Assembly: GCA_007129255.1 (NCBI GenBank)
Contig: SKVW01000059.1
Coordinates: 2,204 to 66,203 of the forward strand
DNA length: 64,000 nt
Direction of reading: 5' to 3'
Source: Bacteroidales bacterium
Lineage (GTDB): Bacteria; Bacteroidota; Bacteroidia; Bacteroidales; UBA7960
Within the stretch, counting starts at the first letter, position 1, and every line of letters begins with the position of its first letter. The notes below the pieces were generated by a model, which ran no database searches, was not told the origin of the DNA, and was given only the letters and a program-made list of their open reading frames with translations. The translations under genes were made by a program, and so were the position numbers. Of this stretch, positions 21,198-32,098 are shown in pieces.

Positions 21198-22556
21198 TTA
21201 TCCTGTCATGCCGATTGGTGAAGACCGTCCTTTTATCCTTCCGGACTTGGTTAAGCCATCGTAATGACGCATCAACAGGTGACTTTCAATCTGCTGCAAT
21301 GTATCCAGTACTACCCCTACCATAATCAGCAACGAGGTTCCTCCAAAAAACTGTGCAAACTGGCCGGTAACGCCCATCAAACTAACCAGGGCAGGCATAA
21401 TGGCTACAAATGCCAGGAAGAGGGAACCAGGCAAGGTTATTTTCGACATTACATTGTCTATAAACTCAGCAGTTTTCTTACCAGGTTTTACCCCCGGAAT
21501 GAAACCACCGTTCTTTTTCATATCCTCGGCCATTTGGTTAGGATTCACCGTAATGGCTGTATAAAAATAAGTAAACAGGATGATTAGTAAGGCAAAGGTG
21601 AAGTTATACCAAAAGCCGGTAAAGTCAGAAAAGGTGGCAGCAAATCCGCCTAAGGCTTCAGAAAAACCTGCCAGGGTGATTGGAATAAACATGATGGCCT
21701 GGGCAAAGATAATGGGCATTACCCCTGCAGCATTCACTTTCAACGGAATATACTGTCGCACACCCCCATATTGTTTGTTTCCGACAACCCGCTTGGCAAA
21801 CTGTACGGGTATTCTTCGTGTGCCCTGAACCAGCATAATGACAAGCACCACAACCGCCATCAAAATAACCAATTCCAACAGGAAAACAACAAGACCGCCT
21901 CCTTCGGCTTCCATACGTGCAATAAACTCAGCAAACAGCGCAAAGGGTAACTGAGCTATGATACCAATCATAATGATCAGCGAGATTCCATTTCCGATAC
22001 CTCTTTCCGTAATCCTTTCACCCAGCCACATTACAAACATGGTTCCGGAGATCAATATGACCACCGAAGAAATCATGAAAAATGCAGAGGGAGAGGTAGC
22101 TCCGGGATCAAAAGGAGAAATGGCTTCGGGCGGAAGCTGCGATACCAGGTTTGCCAAATAAGCCGGTGCCTGCGCAGCAGTAATGAATACGGTAAGGTAA
22201 CGGGTGATCTGGTTGATCTTTTTACGCCCACTTTCCCCTTCTTTCTGAAGACGCTGGAAGTAAGGCACCGCAACACCAAGAAGCTGTATTACAATGGAGG
22301 CACTAATATAAGGCATGATGCCCAATGCAAAGATGGAGGCATTGGAGAAGGCACCCCCTGAAAACATGTTCAGCAGACCCAGAAGTCCATCCTGGGTCTG
22401 AGCCTGCAATTGTTCAAGCTGGCCCGGATCCACACCCGGAAGCACCACAAAAGAACCAAGGCGATAAATAAGAATTATCCCAAGGGTATTGATGATGCGG
22501 ATGCGAAGATCCTCAATACGGTAAATATTTTGCAGTGTTTGAAAAAATCGTTTCAT
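21198..22556 (-). CDS. secY: Preprotein translocase subunit SecY
   Basis: 452-aa, 10-TM protein containing GIMPYISASI. It occupies the position at the end of the spc operon. Confidence 0.97.
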   Translation of the reverse strand: MKRFFQTLQNIYRIEDLRIRIINTLGIILIYRLGSFVVLPGVDPGQLEQLQAQTQDGLLGLLNMFSGGAFSNASIFALGIMPYISASIVIQLLGVAVPYFQRLQKEGESGRKKINQITRYLTVFITAAQAPAYLANLVSQLPPEAISPFDPGATSPSAFFMISSVVILISGTMFVMWLGERITERGIGNGISLIIMIGIIAQLPFALFAEFIARMEAEGGGLVVFLLELVILMAVVVLVIMLVQGTRRIPVQFAKRVVGNKQYGGVRQYIPLKVNAAGVMPIIFAQAIMFIPITLAGFSEALGGFAATFSDFTGFWYNFTFALLIILFTYFYTAITVNPNQMAEDMKKNGGFIPGVKPGKKTAEFIDNVMSKITLPGSLFLAFVAIMPALVSLMGVTGQFAQFFGGTSLLIMVGVVLDTLQQIESHLLMRHYDGLTKSGRIKGRSSPIGMTG

Positions 22557-22565
22557 CCTGTAAAA

Positions 22566-23012
22566 TTATATCTTGTTTACTTTACCACCATTGGCTTCTA
22601 TTGCTTTTACCGCGGTTTCAGAAAAAGCGTGTGCAGTTACATCTACTTTGGCTGTTAATTTTCCCCTGCCAAGGATTTTAACAAGCTCCCTGCGAGATGC
22701 CAGACCAAAATCAACAAAGGTTTGAAAGTCAAATTTCTCAACTCCTTTTTCGTCAACCAGTCTTTGCAAAACATCAAGGTTTACACTGTTATATTCCACA
22801 CGGTTGGGGTTTTTGAACCCGTATTTGGGAAGCCTTCTGGCCAGGGTCATTTGTCCGCCTTCAAAACCAGCTTTACGGCTATATCCTGAACGGGATTTGG
22901 CGCCTTTATGTCCTTTGGTGGAAGTACCGCCTCTGCCTGATCCTTCTCCTCTTCCGATGCGCTTCCTGGATTTTGTGGAGCCACTGGCCGGTTTCAATTT
23001 ACTTAAATCCAT
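22566..23012 (-). CDS. rplO: 50S ribosomal protein L15
   Basis: MDLSKLKPASGSTKSRKRIGRGEGSGRGGTSTKGHKG. The start was taken at M5 of the track ORF (ATG at 23012); the alternative start at 23024 is also possible. Confidence 0.95.
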   Translation of the reverse strand: MDLSKLKPASGSTKSRKRIGRGEGSGRGGTSTKGHKGAKSRSGYSRKAGFEGGQMTLARRLPKYGFKNPNRVEYNSVNLDVLQRLVDEKGVEKFDFQTFVDFGLASRRELVKILGRGKLTAKVDVTAHAFSETAVKAIEANGGKVNKI

Positions 23013-23051
23013 TGTATCGTGCAAATTTAAAATTTATTGAACAAAACGAAA

Positions 23052-23237
23052 TTACTCTTTCACCTCTTCGATATGAAGCAGGTGTCTTACTTTATTGATC
23101 ATGCCTTCAATCTGGGGCGTTGCATTGACAATGACCGGGTTATTCATTTTTCTCAGACCCAGTGCGTCCAGGTTTTTCTTCTGCTTATCCGGTCTGCCAA
23201 TCCTGCTCTTTATCTGAACAATTTTATATTTTTTCAT
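23052..23237 (-). CDS. rpmD: 50S ribosomal protein L30
   Basis: 61 aa with KIVQIKSRIGRPDKQKKNLDALGLRK. Confidence 0.95.
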   Translation of the reverse strand: MKKYKIVQIKSRIGRPDKQKKNLDALGLRKMNNPVIVNATPQIEGMINKVRHLLHIEEVKE

Positions 23238-23297
23238 CTTTCAGTTTTTTCTGGTCCCTTTTTATTACCAATAATCAATTGTTTAATCAAGGACAAT

Positions 23298-23816
23298 TTA
23301 ACCATTGAACACTTTTTCAAGGGGAATACCCCGCTGCTGGGCCACACTAAATGGATCCCTCAACTTAGTAAGCGCATCAATGGTTGCTTTAACCACACTG
23401 TGCGGGTTACTGGAGCCGGTTGATTTGGCGAGAACGTCGGTAACACCAACACTTTCAAGCACTGCACGCATAGGACCTCCGGCAATTACCCCGGTACCAT
23501 GGGAAGCGGGCTTGATCAATACCCGTGCACCACTGTATTTCCCTTGCTGGAAATGCGGGATGGTTCCTTTGTGTACCGGAACCTGGATAAGGTGCTTCTT
23601 TGCATCATCTATCCCTTTGCTAATGGCCGTGGTCACTTCTTTTGCCTTTCCCAGTCCGTAGCCAACCACTCCTTTTTCGTTACCAACCACTACAATGGCA
23701 GAAAAGCTAAAAGTCCTGCCTCCTTTGGTTACTTTGGTAACCCGTTGGATGCTTACCAGCCTGTCTTTGAATTCAATTTCGCTGGATTTTACTTTTTTTA
23801 TGTTTACGTTTGCCAT
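23298..23816 (-). CDS. rpsE: 30S ribosomal protein S5
   Basis: [39 protein letters not shown]. Confidence 0.97.
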   Translation of the reverse strand: MANVNIKKVKSSEIEFKDRLVSIQRVTKVTKGGRTFSFSAIVVVGNEKGVVGYGLGKAKEVTTAISKGIDDAKKHLIQVPVHKGTIPHFQQGKYSGARVLIKPASHGTGVIAGGPMRAVLESVGVTDVLAKSTGSSNPHSVVKATIDALTKLRDPFSVAQQRGIPLEKVFNG

Positions 23817-23820
23817 ATTT

Positions 23821-24180
23821 CTAGAATTTTAAGCCTCCTTCTCTGGCTCCTTCTGCCAATGATTTAATGCGTCCATGATACAAATAACCGTTACGGTCGA
23901 AAACCACCGTTTCAATACCGGTTTCTTTGGCCTTTTGGGCAACCAGTTTGCCAACGGCTTTGGCGGTTTCGGTTTTGTTCATTTTTTCTTCACCAATCTC
24001 TTTTGGGTTAGAGGATGCAGCCGCAATGGTTTTTCCTTCCAAATCATTAATGATCTGTGCATAAATGCCCTTGTTGCTTCTGAATACCGACAACCTGGGC
24101 TTCTCCTGGCTGCCGCGTATCTTTTTGCGAACGCGGTATTTAATTCTGGTTCTTCTATTAAGTTTCTTTTTTGTTGCCAT
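23821..24180 (-). CDS. rplR: 50S ribosomal protein L18
   Basis: [18 protein letters not shown]...[26 protein letters not shown]. Confidence 0.97.
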   Translation of the reverse strand: MATKKKLNRRTRIKYRVRKKIRGSQEKPRLSVFRSNKGIYAQIINDLEGKTIAAASSNPKEIGEEKMNKTETAKAVGKLVAQKAKETGIETVVFDRNGYLYHGRIKSLAEGAREGGLKF

Positions 24181-24210
24181 CCTTACAAGGAATTTAAAAA
24201 ATTATAAACT

Positions 24211-24768
24211 TTACTTCGCAGCAGCAGCCTTACCAGCTTTCCTGCGTAATACTTCTCCCTGGTAAATAACCCCTTTGCCTTTGTAAGGCTCGGGCTTGCG
24301 CAGGGAACGAATTTTGGCTGCAACCTGACCAATAAGCTGTTTGTCATGCGACTCCAGGATAATGGTAGGGTTTTTACCCCTTTGGGTCACCGTTTCCAGT
24401 TTGATCTCTTTTGGCAATTCGAAAAAGATATTGTGTGAATAGCCCAGAGAAAGCTCAAGTAACTGCCCATTATGGGAAGCTTTATATCCTACGCCCACCA
24501 ATTCCTGAACAATCTTGTATCCTTCAGATACTCCGGTAACCATATTGTTGATCAGCGCCCGGTAAAGTCCGTGAAGGGACTTGTGCCGTTTCTGCTCAGA
24601 TGGTCTTTCAATGGTAAGGGCCTCCCCTTCAATGTTGATCTTAAAATCAGGATCAACAGCCTGGGTTAGTTCTCCCTTAGGTCCTTTAACGGTAACGATA
24701 TTGTTGTCGGAAACCGACACGTTAACGCCACCTGGTATGGTAATCGGTAAATTTCCTATTCTTGACAT
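24211..24768 (-). CDS. rplF: 50S ribosomal protein L6
   Basis: MSRIGNLPITIPGGVNV...VKGPKGEL...EPYKGKG. Confidence 0.97.
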   Translation of the reverse strand: MSRIGNLPITIPGGVNVSVSDNNIVTVKGPKGELTQAVDPDFKINIEGEALTIERPSEQKRHKSLHGLYRALINNMVTGVSEGYKIVQELVGVGYKASHNGQLLELSLGYSHNIFFELPKEIKLETVTQRGKNPTIILESHDKQLIGQVAAKIRSLRKPEPYKGKGVIYQGEVLRRKAGKAAAAK

Positions 24769-24780
24769 TTTTCCCCTCCT

Positions 24781-25179
24781 TTAGCTTACGTAACAAATAA
24801 TTTCGCCACCAATATTTAACTGGTGGGCTTCTTTATCGGTAATGAGTCCTTTGGAAGTGGAAATAATTGCAATTCCCAAACCATTCAAAACCCTGGGAAG
24901 TTCATCTTGTTTGCAAAATTTCCGCAGACCCGGCTTGCTCACTCTGGTAAGTTCGTTAATCGCTGAAAGTTTGGTTACGGGATGGTATTTCAGGGCTATT
25001 TTAATGGTTCCGGGGGCTTTGTCATCTTCAAACTTATAGTTTAAAATGTACCCCTTGTCAAAAAGAATCTTGGTGATCCCCTTCTTGAGATTCGATGCAG
25101 GAATTTCCACAATCCTGTGATTGGCCTTCACGGCATTCCTTATTCTAGTCAGATAATCTGCAATTGGATCGGTTATCAT
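24781..25179 (-). CDS. rpsH: 30S ribosomal protein S8
   Basis: [14 protein letters not shown]...GGEIICYV. Confidence 0.97.
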   Translation of the reverse strand: MITDPIADYLTRIRNAVKANHRIVEIPASNLKKGITKILFDKGYILNYKFEDDKAPGTIKIALKYHPVTKLSAINELTRVSKPGLRKFCKQDELPRVLNGLGIAIISTSKGLITDKEAHQLNIGGEIICYVS

Positions 25180-25210
25180 TGTTGAAAAATAAATGGTTAC
25201 TTATAAAAAA

Positions 25211-25480
25211 CTACCAGCTAGCTTTGGTTACGCCAGGGATTAAACCTTTGTGAGCCATTTCGCGGAAGTTGATCCGGGAAACACCAAACTGGCGCATGTA
25301 GCCTTTGGGGCGTCCGGTCAACTTGCAACGGTTGTGCAGGCGCACGGAAGACGAGTTTTTGGGCAGCTTCTGCAAACCTTCCCAATCTCCCTTGGCCTTT
25401 AATTCAGCTCTTTTGGCAGCATATTTCTCTACCATTTTGGCTCTTTTAAGCTCTCTGGCTTTTATTGATTCTTTTGCCAT
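25211..25480 (-). CDS. rpsN: 30S ribosomal protein S14 (long, non-zinc form)
   Basis: 89 aa: [12 protein letters not shown]...RLHNRC..TGRP.GYMR.FG.SR...RE.A..G.IPGV.KASW. Confidence 0.96.
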   Translation of the reverse strand: MAKESIKARELKRAKMVEKYAAKRAELKAKGDWEGLQKLPKNSSSVRLHNRCKLTGRPKGYMRQFGVSRINFREMAHKGLIPGVTKASW

Positions 25481-25491
25481 TATAAATCGTT

Positions 25492-26049
25492 TTATTTTTT
25501 AAGATTTTTAAATGGAACTCCAAATTCACGCAACAAAGCAAATGCTTCTTTGTCTGTTTTTGCAGTGGTAACAAAGGTTATATCCATACCATTGATACGG
25601 TTTACCTTGTCAATATTGATCTCGGGAAAAATGATCTGCTCGGGCACGCCCAGTGTAAAGTTGCCCCGGCCGTCAAATCCCTTTTCATTGATCCCCTTAA
25701 AGTCGCGAATACGAGGTAAGGAAACGGAAACCAGCCTGTCGAGAAATTCATACATCCTATGGCCGCGCAGTGTAACCCGCACCCCAATGGGCATCCCCCT
25801 TCTGAGTTTAAAGTTGGAGATGTCTTTTTTGGATTTGGTGGGAACAGCTTTCTGACCGGCTATCAGAGACATTTCTTCCATGGCTGTTTCAAGGATCTTT
25901 TTGTCGGTAATGGCATCCCCTACGCCCTGGTTCAGGGAAATCTTCACCAGGCGGGGTGACTCCATGGTACTCTTATACTGAAATTCCTGCTTCAGGCCAG
26001 GTATAATTTCCTCGATGTACTTCTTTTTTAATCTTGGTATATAGCTCAT
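25492..26049 (-). CDS. rplE: 50S ribosomal protein L5
   Basis: The [15 protein letters not shown] and [10 protein letters not shown] motifs are present. Its ATG shares one base with the rplX stop (TAATG). Confidence 0.97.
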   Translation of the reverse strand: MSYIPRLKKKYIEEIIPGLKQEFQYKSTMESPRLVKISLNQGVGDAITDKKILETAMEEMSLIAGQKAVPTKSKKDISNFKLRRGMPIGVRVTLRGHRMYEFLDRLVSVSLPRIRDFKGINEKGFDGRGNFTLGVPEQIIFPEINIDKVNRINGMDITFVTTAKTDKEAFALLREFGVPFKNLKK

Positions 26050-26366
26050 TACTTAATTTCCTCCCCTGTCTTTTTGGAATAACGAACCAGTTTATCGCCT
26101 TCTAATTTGCGGCCAACACGGGTGGGGCTGCCTTTGGCATCCAGCACCATGAGGTTGGAAACATGAATCGAGGCTTCTTTTTTTACAATGCCACCCTGAG
26201 GGTTGGCAGCGTTGGGTTTGGTATGTTTGGACACCATATTAATGCCTTCTACCAAAGCCCGGCGTTTTTCGGGATAAACAAAAAGTACCTTGCCTTCAGC
26301 GCCTTTTTCGTTGCCGGCAATCACTTTAACGGTATCCCCTTTTTTAATGTGTATTTTGGGTTTCAT
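26049..26366 (-). CDS. rplX: 50S ribosomal protein L24
   Basis: [23 protein letters not shown] (KOW motif). Confidence 0.96.
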   Translation of the reverse strand: MKPKIHIKKGDTVKVIAGNEKGAEGKVLFVYPEKRRALVEGINMVSKHTKPNAANPQGGIVKKEASIHVSNLMVLDAKGSPTRVGRKLEGDKLVRYSKKTGEEIK

Positions 26367-26385
26367 GCTTGAAATATTTTTCTCG

Positions 26386-26754
26386 TTAAAGCACTTCAGG
26401 TGCCAAAGAAACGATTTTCATAAATTGTTTTTCGCGCAACTCCCTGGCTACCGGGCCAAAGATACGGGTGCCGCGCATTTCTTCTGTGGCTGTAAGCAAC
26501 ACCACGGCATTGTCATCAAAGCGGATATAGCTTCCATCGGAACGACGCACATCTTTTTTTGTGCGCACCACAACAGCCTTAGATACAGTACCCTTTTTGA
26601 TGTTCCCGGAGGGAAGGGCGTCTTTTACCGAAACGATAATTTTGTCGCCTATACCGGCGTATCTGCGGCGCGTGCCTCCAAGCACACGGATACAAAGTAC
26701 TTCTTTTGCTCCACTGTTATCCGCTACCGAAAGTCTGGATTCTGATTGTATCAT
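26386..26754 (-). CDS. rplN: 50S ribosomal protein L14
   Basis: [27 protein letters not shown]. Confidence 0.97.
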   Translation of the reverse strand: MIQSESRLSVADNSGAKEVLCIRVLGGTRRRYAGIGDKIIVSVKDALPSGNIKKGTVSKAVVVRTKKDVRRSDGSYIRFDDNAVVLLTATEEMRGTRIFGPVARELREKQFMKIVSLAPEVL

Positions 26755-26756
26755 AA

Positions 26757-27020
26757 TTACTTCGCTCTTTCAAGTATTTCAACTAATCTCCAACATTTAT
26801 TCTTGCTCAAAGGACGGGTTTCCATGATACGTACGGTATCACCGGGGTTACAGTCGTTTTTTTCATCATGCGCCATGAAACGCGAGGACCGTTTTACGAA
26901 TTTCTCGTACATGGGATGTTTTACACGGCGCTGAACTTCCACAACAATGGATTTGTCCATTTTATTGCTCACAACGATGCCCGTTCTTTCTTTTCTGGGA
27001 ATTCTGGTTTCCATGTTCAA
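26757..27020 (-). CDS. rpsQ: 30S ribosomal protein S17
   Basis: [45 protein letters not shown]. Confidence 0.96.
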   Translation of the reverse strand: MNMETRIPRKERTGIVVSNKMDKSIVVEVQRRVKHPMYEKFVKRSSRFMAHDEKNDCNPGDTVRIMETRPLSKNKCWRLVEILERAK

Positions 27021-27023
27021 AAA

Positions 27024-27230
27024 TTACTTTTGTTTAATTTCTTCTAATTCCCTTTTACGGAGCTCGGTCAAAATCCTGGCTACAGTTTTACGGTATGCAG
27101 GGATTTTGTTAGGGTTTTCAAGGGGCGAAACTGCATGGTTCATCTTGAGTTTACGCAGTTGCTTAACCTCTTCTTCCAACCGCTCTTTGAGCTCACCGGT
27201 TGACATTTCACGAATTACATTCTGCTTCAT
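27024..27230 (-). CDS. rpmC: 50S ribosomal protein L29
   Basis: 68 aa: MKQNVIREMSTGELKERLEEEVKQLRKLKMNHAVS. Confidence 0.95.
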   Translation of the reverse strand: MKQNVIREMSTGELKERLEEEVKQLRKLKMNHAVSPLENPNKIPAYRKTVARILTELRKRELEEIKQK

Positions 27231-27344
27231 CTTTGGGTGAATTTTAATTTGTCAGCAAACCCGCAAATTTGGCGGGCTAAAAGGGGCGAAATATCCAGAC
27301 AGGTAACGGCTGCGTTGGTTTTTGATCCCCCTGCAAAAAGGCTG

Positions 27345-27352
27345 CAAAGTTA
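27345..27352 (-). promoter_or_regulatory. Promoter-like TAACTTTG(CA) box inside the rplP-rpmC spacer
   Basis: The plus strand reads caaagtta, so the minus strand reads TAACTTTG, about 115 nt upstream of the rpmC ATG. No well-spaced -33 TTTG element was seen. Confidence 0.3.
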
Positions 27353-27380
27353 CAAATATTTTTCGGATTATAAAATCAAT

Positions 27381-27800
27381 TTATTCAACATAATCCCTTC
27401 TAACCACAAACTTGGCGGTTATGGGCAACTTCTGAGCGCCTAAACGCATGGCTTCCTTGGCAACCGCCACGGGTACGCCATCGGCTTCAAAGAGGATGCG
27501 ACCGGGGCAAACCCTGGCAACGAAGTACTCAGGTGCACCTTTCCCTTTTCCCATTCTTACCTCTGCAGGTTTTTTTGTAATGGGTTTATCCGGGAAAATT
27601 CTAATCCACAGCTGTCCTTCACGTTTCATCTGGCGGGTAATGGCCTGACGAGCCGCTTCAATCTGACGACCGGTGATCCAACTGGTCTCCATGGCCTTGA
27701 TGCCAAAGGAACCAAATGCAATCTCGGAACCGCGCTTGGTGTTACCCTTCATGCGGCCTTTTTGCTGTTTCCTGTATTTTGTTTTTTTCGGTTGTAACAT
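27381..27800 (-). CDS. rplP: 50S ribosomal protein L16
   Basis: [19 protein letters not shown]...[10 protein letters not shown]. Confidence 0.97.
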   Translation of the reverse strand: MLQPKKTKYRKQQKGRMKGNTKRGSEIAFGSFGIKAMETSWITGRQIEAARQAITRQMKREGQLWIRIFPDKPITKKPAEVRMGKGKGAPEYFVARVCPGRILFEADGVPVAVAKEAMRLGAQKLPITAKFVVRRDYVE

Positions 27801-27840
27801 TATTCCAAACTTTTTCTATACGATAATGAAAAACTACCTT

Positions 27841-28557
27841 TTATTTTTTGCGTCTTCCCCTGAAGCGACCGCCTCCGCCAGGTGCAGGTCTTCCCTTTGC
27901 AGGCTCTTCGGTAAAAGGGGTCAATTCTTTCTTACCGAAAACCTCTCCTTTACAGATCCATACCTTAACTCCGATACGTCCATAGGTGGTATGGGCTTCA
28001 ACTTTGGCAAAATCAATATCTGCCCTTAAGGTATGCAGGGGAATACGGCCTTCTTTGTAAGTTTCGGTGCGTGCCATCTCGGCGCCTCCCAAACGACCGG
28101 CAACGGTGATCTTGATCCCTTCTGCGCCCAAGCGCATGGTGGAAGAGATACCGGTTTTTACCGCACGACGGAAAGAAATCCTTCCCTCGATCTGTTTGGC
28201 AACGTTTTGGGCAACCAAAAAGGCATCCAGTTCCGGACGCTTGATTTCGCTGATGTTGATCTGAACTTCCTTCTGGGTAAGCTTTTTCAACTCTTCTTTC
28301 AGCTTATCCACTTCCTGTCCTCCTTTCCCGATAATGATACCGGGGCGGGCGGTATTGATGGTCACCGTGATCAGTTTCAGGGTCCTTTCAATGATTATTT
28401 TAGAAATACCGGCCTTTGATAAACGGGCGTTGAGGTATTTGCGGATTTTGTCGTCTTCAACCAGTTTGGCTTCATATTTATTGCCACCATACCAGTTACT
28501 GTCCCATCCTTTGATGATCCCCAGCCTCATGCCGATTGGATTTGTTTTTTGTCCCAT
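27841..28557 (-). CDS. rpsC: 30S ribosomal protein S3
   Basis: [14 protein letters not shown]...; a KH domain and an RGG-rich C-terminal tail. Confidence 0.97.
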   Translation of the reverse strand: MGQKTNPIGMRLGIIKGWDSNWYGGNKYEAKLVEDDKIRKYLNARLSKAGISKIIIERTLKLITVTINTARPGIIIGKGGQEVDKLKEELKKLTQKEVQINISEIKRPELDAFLVAQNVAKQIEGRISFRRAVKTGISSTMRLGAEGIKITVAGRLGGAEMARTETYKEGRIPLHTLRADIDFAKVEAHTTYGRIGVKVWICKGEVFGKKELTPFTEEPAKGRPAPGGGGRFRGRRKK

Positions 28558-28568
28558 TTTAGAAAAAT

Positions 28569-28979
28569 TTACTCGTTCTCGTTTTTATTTCTACTGTCAA
28601 CAAAAATGGTCACATGGTTGGATCTTTTACGGATCCGGTGTGCACGACCCTGGGGAGCAGGGCGCAGTCTTTTCAACACACGGCCACTGTCAACGAAGAT
28701 GGTTTTCACGTAAAGGTTGCTGTCTTCAATCCTGACACCTTCATTTTTGTTTTGCCAGTTTGCGATAGCCGACAACAGTAGCTTTTCAAGGCGCTGGGCG
28801 GCTTCTTTTTTGGTATATTTTAATATACTCAGGGCTTTATCTACATCCTTGCCTCTGATTATATCGGCAACCAGGCGCATTTTCCTGGGCGATGTGGGGC
28901 AGTTGTTTAACCTGGCAAAATACTGGGTTTTCTTCTCTTCTTTGAGTTTTTCAGCCCTTAAATGTTTTCTTAATCCCAT
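28569..28979 (-). CDS. rplV: 50S ribosomal protein L22
   Basis: [20 protein letters not shown].....KAA; [14 protein letters not shown]. Confidence 0.96.
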   Translation of the reverse strand: MGLRKHLRAEKLKEEKKTQYFARLNNCPTSPRKMRLVADIIRGKDVDKALSILKYTKKEAAQRLEKLLLSAIANWQNKNEGVRIEDSNLYVKTIFVDSGRVLKRLRPAPQGRAHRIRKRSNHVTIFVDSRNKNENE

Positions 28980-28993
28980 TGTTAAAGGTTATT

Positions 28994-29272
28994 TTATTTT
29001 TTGGCTTTATCTTTTTTTCCGGCATGCCCGCGGAAAATGCGGGTTGGTGCAAATTCGCCCAGCTTGTGTCCTACCATATTTTCGGTAATGTACACCGGGA
29101 TAAATTTATTTCCATTGTGCACGGCAATGGTTTGACCAACAAACTCGGGAGAAACCATGGAGGCCCTTGACCAGGTTTTGATCACAGACTTTTTGCTGCT
29201 GGCGGCCATGGCAAGGACTTTTTTCTCAAGCTTATAGTGAATAAAGGGTCCTTTTCTTAATGAACGGCTCAT
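28994..29272 (-). CDS. rpsS: 30S ribosomal protein S19
   Basis: [11 protein letters not shown]...[33 protein letters not shown]. Confidence 0.97.
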   Translation of the reverse strand: MSRSLRKGPFIHYKLEKKVLAMAASSKKSVIKTWSRASMVSPEFVGQTIAVHNGNKFIPVYITENMVGHKLGEFAPTRIFRGHAGKKDKAKK

Positions 29273-29301
29273 ATGAATTGATTTTACCTGTTTACAATGA
29301 A

Positions 29302-30126
29302 TTATTTTTTCTTTCTTTCAAGGATCAGTCTTGAAGAAGCTTTTTTCCTGTTACGGGTTTTATAACCTTTTGCAGGCAAACCTTTACGGCTTCTGGGGTG
29401 TCCGCCCGAAGCACGTCCTTCTCCACCACCCATGGGGTGATCAACCGGATTCATAACCACAGGACGGGTACGGGGTCTGCGACCCTGCCAACGACTGCGG
29501 CCAGCTTTACCTGACATTTCGTGCATATGATCCGGATTGGAAGCACTGCCAATGGTAGCCTTGCAGGTGATCAAAACCATTCTTATCTCGCCAGAGGGCA
29601 ATTTCAATGCGGCATATTTGCCTTCCCTGGAAGTCAGCTGTGCGTATGTACCTGCACTGCGGGCCATTTTTCCTCCCTGCCCGGGCTGCAGTTCAATGTT
29701 ATGCACCACACTACCCAAAGGAATATCCCGTAGGAAGAGGGAATTGCCAATATCCGGAGTGGCCTTCTCGCCGGACATTATGGTATGTCCTATCTGAAGA
29801 CCTGCCGGGGCGAGAATATACCGTTTTTCTCCATCGGCATAGTATACCAAGGCGATGCGGGCCGAACGGTTTGGATCGTATTCGATACTTTTTACCGTTG
29901 CAGGAACCCCATCCTTGTTTCTTTTGAAATCAACAAGACGGTAACTCTTTTTATGTCCACCGCCAATATAGCGCATGGTCATTTTTCCTCTGTTGTTTCT
30001 GCCTCCTGATTTTTTCTTCCCTACCACCAAACTTTTCTCAGGTTTTAAGGCAGTTATATCGTCAAAAGCGCTGATCATTTTATTGCGCTGACCGGGGGTG
30101 GTGGGTTTAAATTTTCTTAAAGCCAT
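29302..30126 (-). CDS. rplB: 50S ribosomal protein L2
   Basis: KPTTPGQR...GGGHK..YR.VDFKR...PMGGGEGR. Confidence 0.97.
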   Translation of the reverse strand: MALRKFKPTTPGQRNKMISAFDDITALKPEKSLVVGKKKSGGRNNRGKMTMRYIGGGHKKSYRLVDFKRNKDGVPATVKSIEYDPNRSARIALVYYADGEKRYILAPAGLQIGHTIMSGEKATPDIGNSLFLRDIPLGSVVHNIELQPGQGGKMARSAGTYAQLTSREGKYAALKLPSGEIRMVLITCKATIGSASNPDHMHEMSGKAGRSRWQGRRPRTRPVVMNPVDHPMGGGEGRASGGHPRSRKGLPAKGYKTRNRKKASSRLILERKKK

Positions 30127-30132
30127 ATATCA

Positions 30133-30438
30133 CTAAATATTGCTGTAAAAATCAATGGTTTGGCCTTCGATTAATGTTACGATGGCCTTTTTAAAATGTG
30201 CTTTGCGTCCGGACTGAATGCCGGTTTTGGTATAGCGGGTTTTTTGTTTCCCCAGATAAACCATGGTATTTACGGAGGCAACATCTACCTCATACATTTC
30301 TTCAACCGCCTGCTTGATTTGCGACTTGCTGGCCCGCTTATCCACAACAAAGCCATAGCGATTGGGAAACTTCTCAGTTACCGCGGTCATCTTTTCTGTT
30401 ATCAGAGGCTTAATTAAGACTTCCATTTTTAATTTCAT
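30133..30438 (-). CDS. rplW: 50S ribosomal protein L23
   Basis: LIKPLITEKMTAVTEK...KKAIVTL. The true start may be M5 (30426). Confidence 0.95.
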   Translation of the reverse strand: MKLKMEVLIKPLITEKMTAVTEKFPNRYGFVVDKRASKSQIKQAVEEMYEVDVASVNTMVYLGKQKTRYTKTGIQSGRKAHFKKAIVTLIEGQTIDFYSNI

Positions 30439-30473
30439 TTAAGGGGCCGATCTTTTTCCAGCCCAACATTGTT

Positions 30474-31106
30474 TTATTTTTTCAGCAAAATATCTTCAAC
30501 CTGTTTTACAGAACTTTCACAAACCAACAGGTGGTCGGCATTCAGGATCATAAACGTGTTAAGATCGGTAGCCTGGGCCACGGTGGTTTTGGGAATGTTA
30601 CGTGCAGAAAGGATTATGCCACGGTTGCTTTCGGGCAATACCACAAGGGCCTTTTTGTTTTCTAGGTTAAAGTTCTTCAGGATTTCCATAAACTTGCTGG
30701 TTTTGGGCGCTTCCATGGAGAAATCTTCCAGCACCAAAAAGTTATTGTCTTTTACCTTATAGGAAAGGGCTGACTTGCGTGCAAGCTTCTTCACCTTTTT
30801 GTTTACCTTAAATGAATAATCCCTTGGCTTGGGGCCAAAAACACGTCCACCACCCCTGAATATGGGGGATTTGATGTCGCCTACCCTGGCAAAACCCGTC
30901 CCTTTTTGGCGGCGAAGTTTTCTGGTGCTGCCTTTTACTTCTCCTCTTTCCTTGGTTTTATGGGTACCCTGCCGCTTGTTGGCAAGATATTGTTTTACAT
31001 CCAGGAAGATGGCGTGATCGTTGGGTTCAATAGCAAAGATATCCTCGTTCAATTCAACGGTTCTTGCTGTCTTGTTTCCTTTAATATTATATACTGCTAA
31101 CTCCAT
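30474..31106 (-). CDS. rplD: 50S ribosomal protein L4
   Basis: [40 protein letters not shown]. Its start overlaps the rplC stop by 10 nt. Confidence 0.97.
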   Translation of the reverse strand: MELAVYNIKGNKTARTVELNEDIFAIEPNDHAIFLDVKQYLANKRQGTHKTKERGEVKGSTRKLRRQKGTGFARVGDIKSPIFRGGGRVFGPKPRDYSFKVNKKVKKLARKSALSYKVKDNNFLVLEDFSMEAPKTSKFMEILKNFNLENKKALVVLPESNRGIILSARNIPKTTVAQATDLNTFMILNADHLLVCESSVKQVEDILLKK

Positions 31107-31726
31107 CTCTCAAGAATTAAATATGATCCATTGGGTCCTGGAACAGAACCTTTAACAACAACAATGTTTTGTTCGGGTAAAAGTTTCATGATCTGTAGGT
31201 TGATCATCTTTACCCGGTTTCCACCGGTTCTACCAGCCATACGCATCCCTTTAAAAACGCGGGAAGGCCATGAAGAGGCACCCAGAGAACCAGGAGCCCT
31301 CAGGCGGTTGTGCTGACCGTGAGTCGCCTGTCCAACCCCGGCAAAACCATGGCGTTTTACAACACCCTGAAACCCTTTTCCTTTACTGATCCCTACCACA
31401 TCGATATATTCACCTTCGATGAAAATATCGGCCTTGAGCTCGTCACCAAATTGCTTCTGGTGCTCTTTCTCAAAACGGGTAAATTCAGCTACTACGCGCT
31501 TGGGCGTGGTTTTGGCTTTGTCGAAATGGCCTTTCAAAGCCCGGGAGGTGTGTTTCTCTTTCTTTTCGTCAAAAGCAAGCTGAATGGCCTCATAGCCATC
31601 GGTCTTCCGCGTTTTAATCTGCGTAACCACACATGGACCAGCCTGGATAACGGTGCATGGGACATTTTTCCCAGAGGCATCAAAAATGCTGGTCATTCCA
31701 ATTTTTTTTCCAATTAATCCTGACAT
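31097..31726 (-). CDS. rplC: 50S ribosomal protein L3
   Basis: [14 protein letters not shown]...[14 protein letters not shown]. Confidence 0.97.
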   Translation of the reverse strand: MSGLIGKKIGMTSIFDASGKNVPCTVIQAGPCVVTQIKTRKTDGYEAIQLAFDEKKEKHTSRALKGHFDKAKTTPKRVVAEFTRFEKEHQKQFGDELKADIFIEGEYIDVVGISKGKGFQGVVKRHGFAGVGQATHGQHNRLRAPGSLGASSWPSRVFKGMRMAGRTGGNRVKMINLQIMKLLPEQNIVVVKGSVPGPNGSYLILERWS

Positions 31727-31767
31727 TTCAAGTCGATTTTAGCTTTACGCAATAATGGTTATGATTC

Positions 31768-32073
31768 TTAAACTTTGATTTCCACCTCAACCCCACTGGG
31801 CAACTCAAGTTTCATGAGCGCATCCACGGTTTTGGAAGATGAGGAGTATATATCAAGCAGTCTCTTGTAAGAGCTCAGTTGAAATTGCTCTCTTGCTTTT
31901 TTGTTAACAAAAGGGGACCGCAAAACGGTAAAGATCTTTTTGTTGGTGGGGAGCGGAATGGGTCCGTTTACTACAGCTCCGGTTAACTTTACAGTTTTAA
32001 CGATTTTTTCGGCAGACTTATCCACCAGATTGTAATCGTAAGATTTTAATTTGATTCGGATTCTTTGACTCAC
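31768..32073 (-). CDS. rpsJ: 30S ribosomal protein S10
   Basis: [11 protein letters not shown]...GPIPLPT...[18 protein letters not shown]. Confidence 0.97.
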   Translation of the reverse strand: MSQRIRIKLKSYDYNLVDKSAEKIVKTVKLTGAVVNGPIPLPTNKKIFTVLRSPFVNKKAREQFQLSSYKRLLDIYSSSSKTVDALMKLELPSGVEVEIKV

Positions 32074-32098
32074 GGTTTAATTCTTTTAGATTAAACGA

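Noticed and set aside
27237-27443. 68-aa + strand ORF in the rplP-rpmC spacer
   Set aside because: It extends antisense into rplP, has no promoter or motif, and the spacer is better explained as regulatory RNA/DNA.
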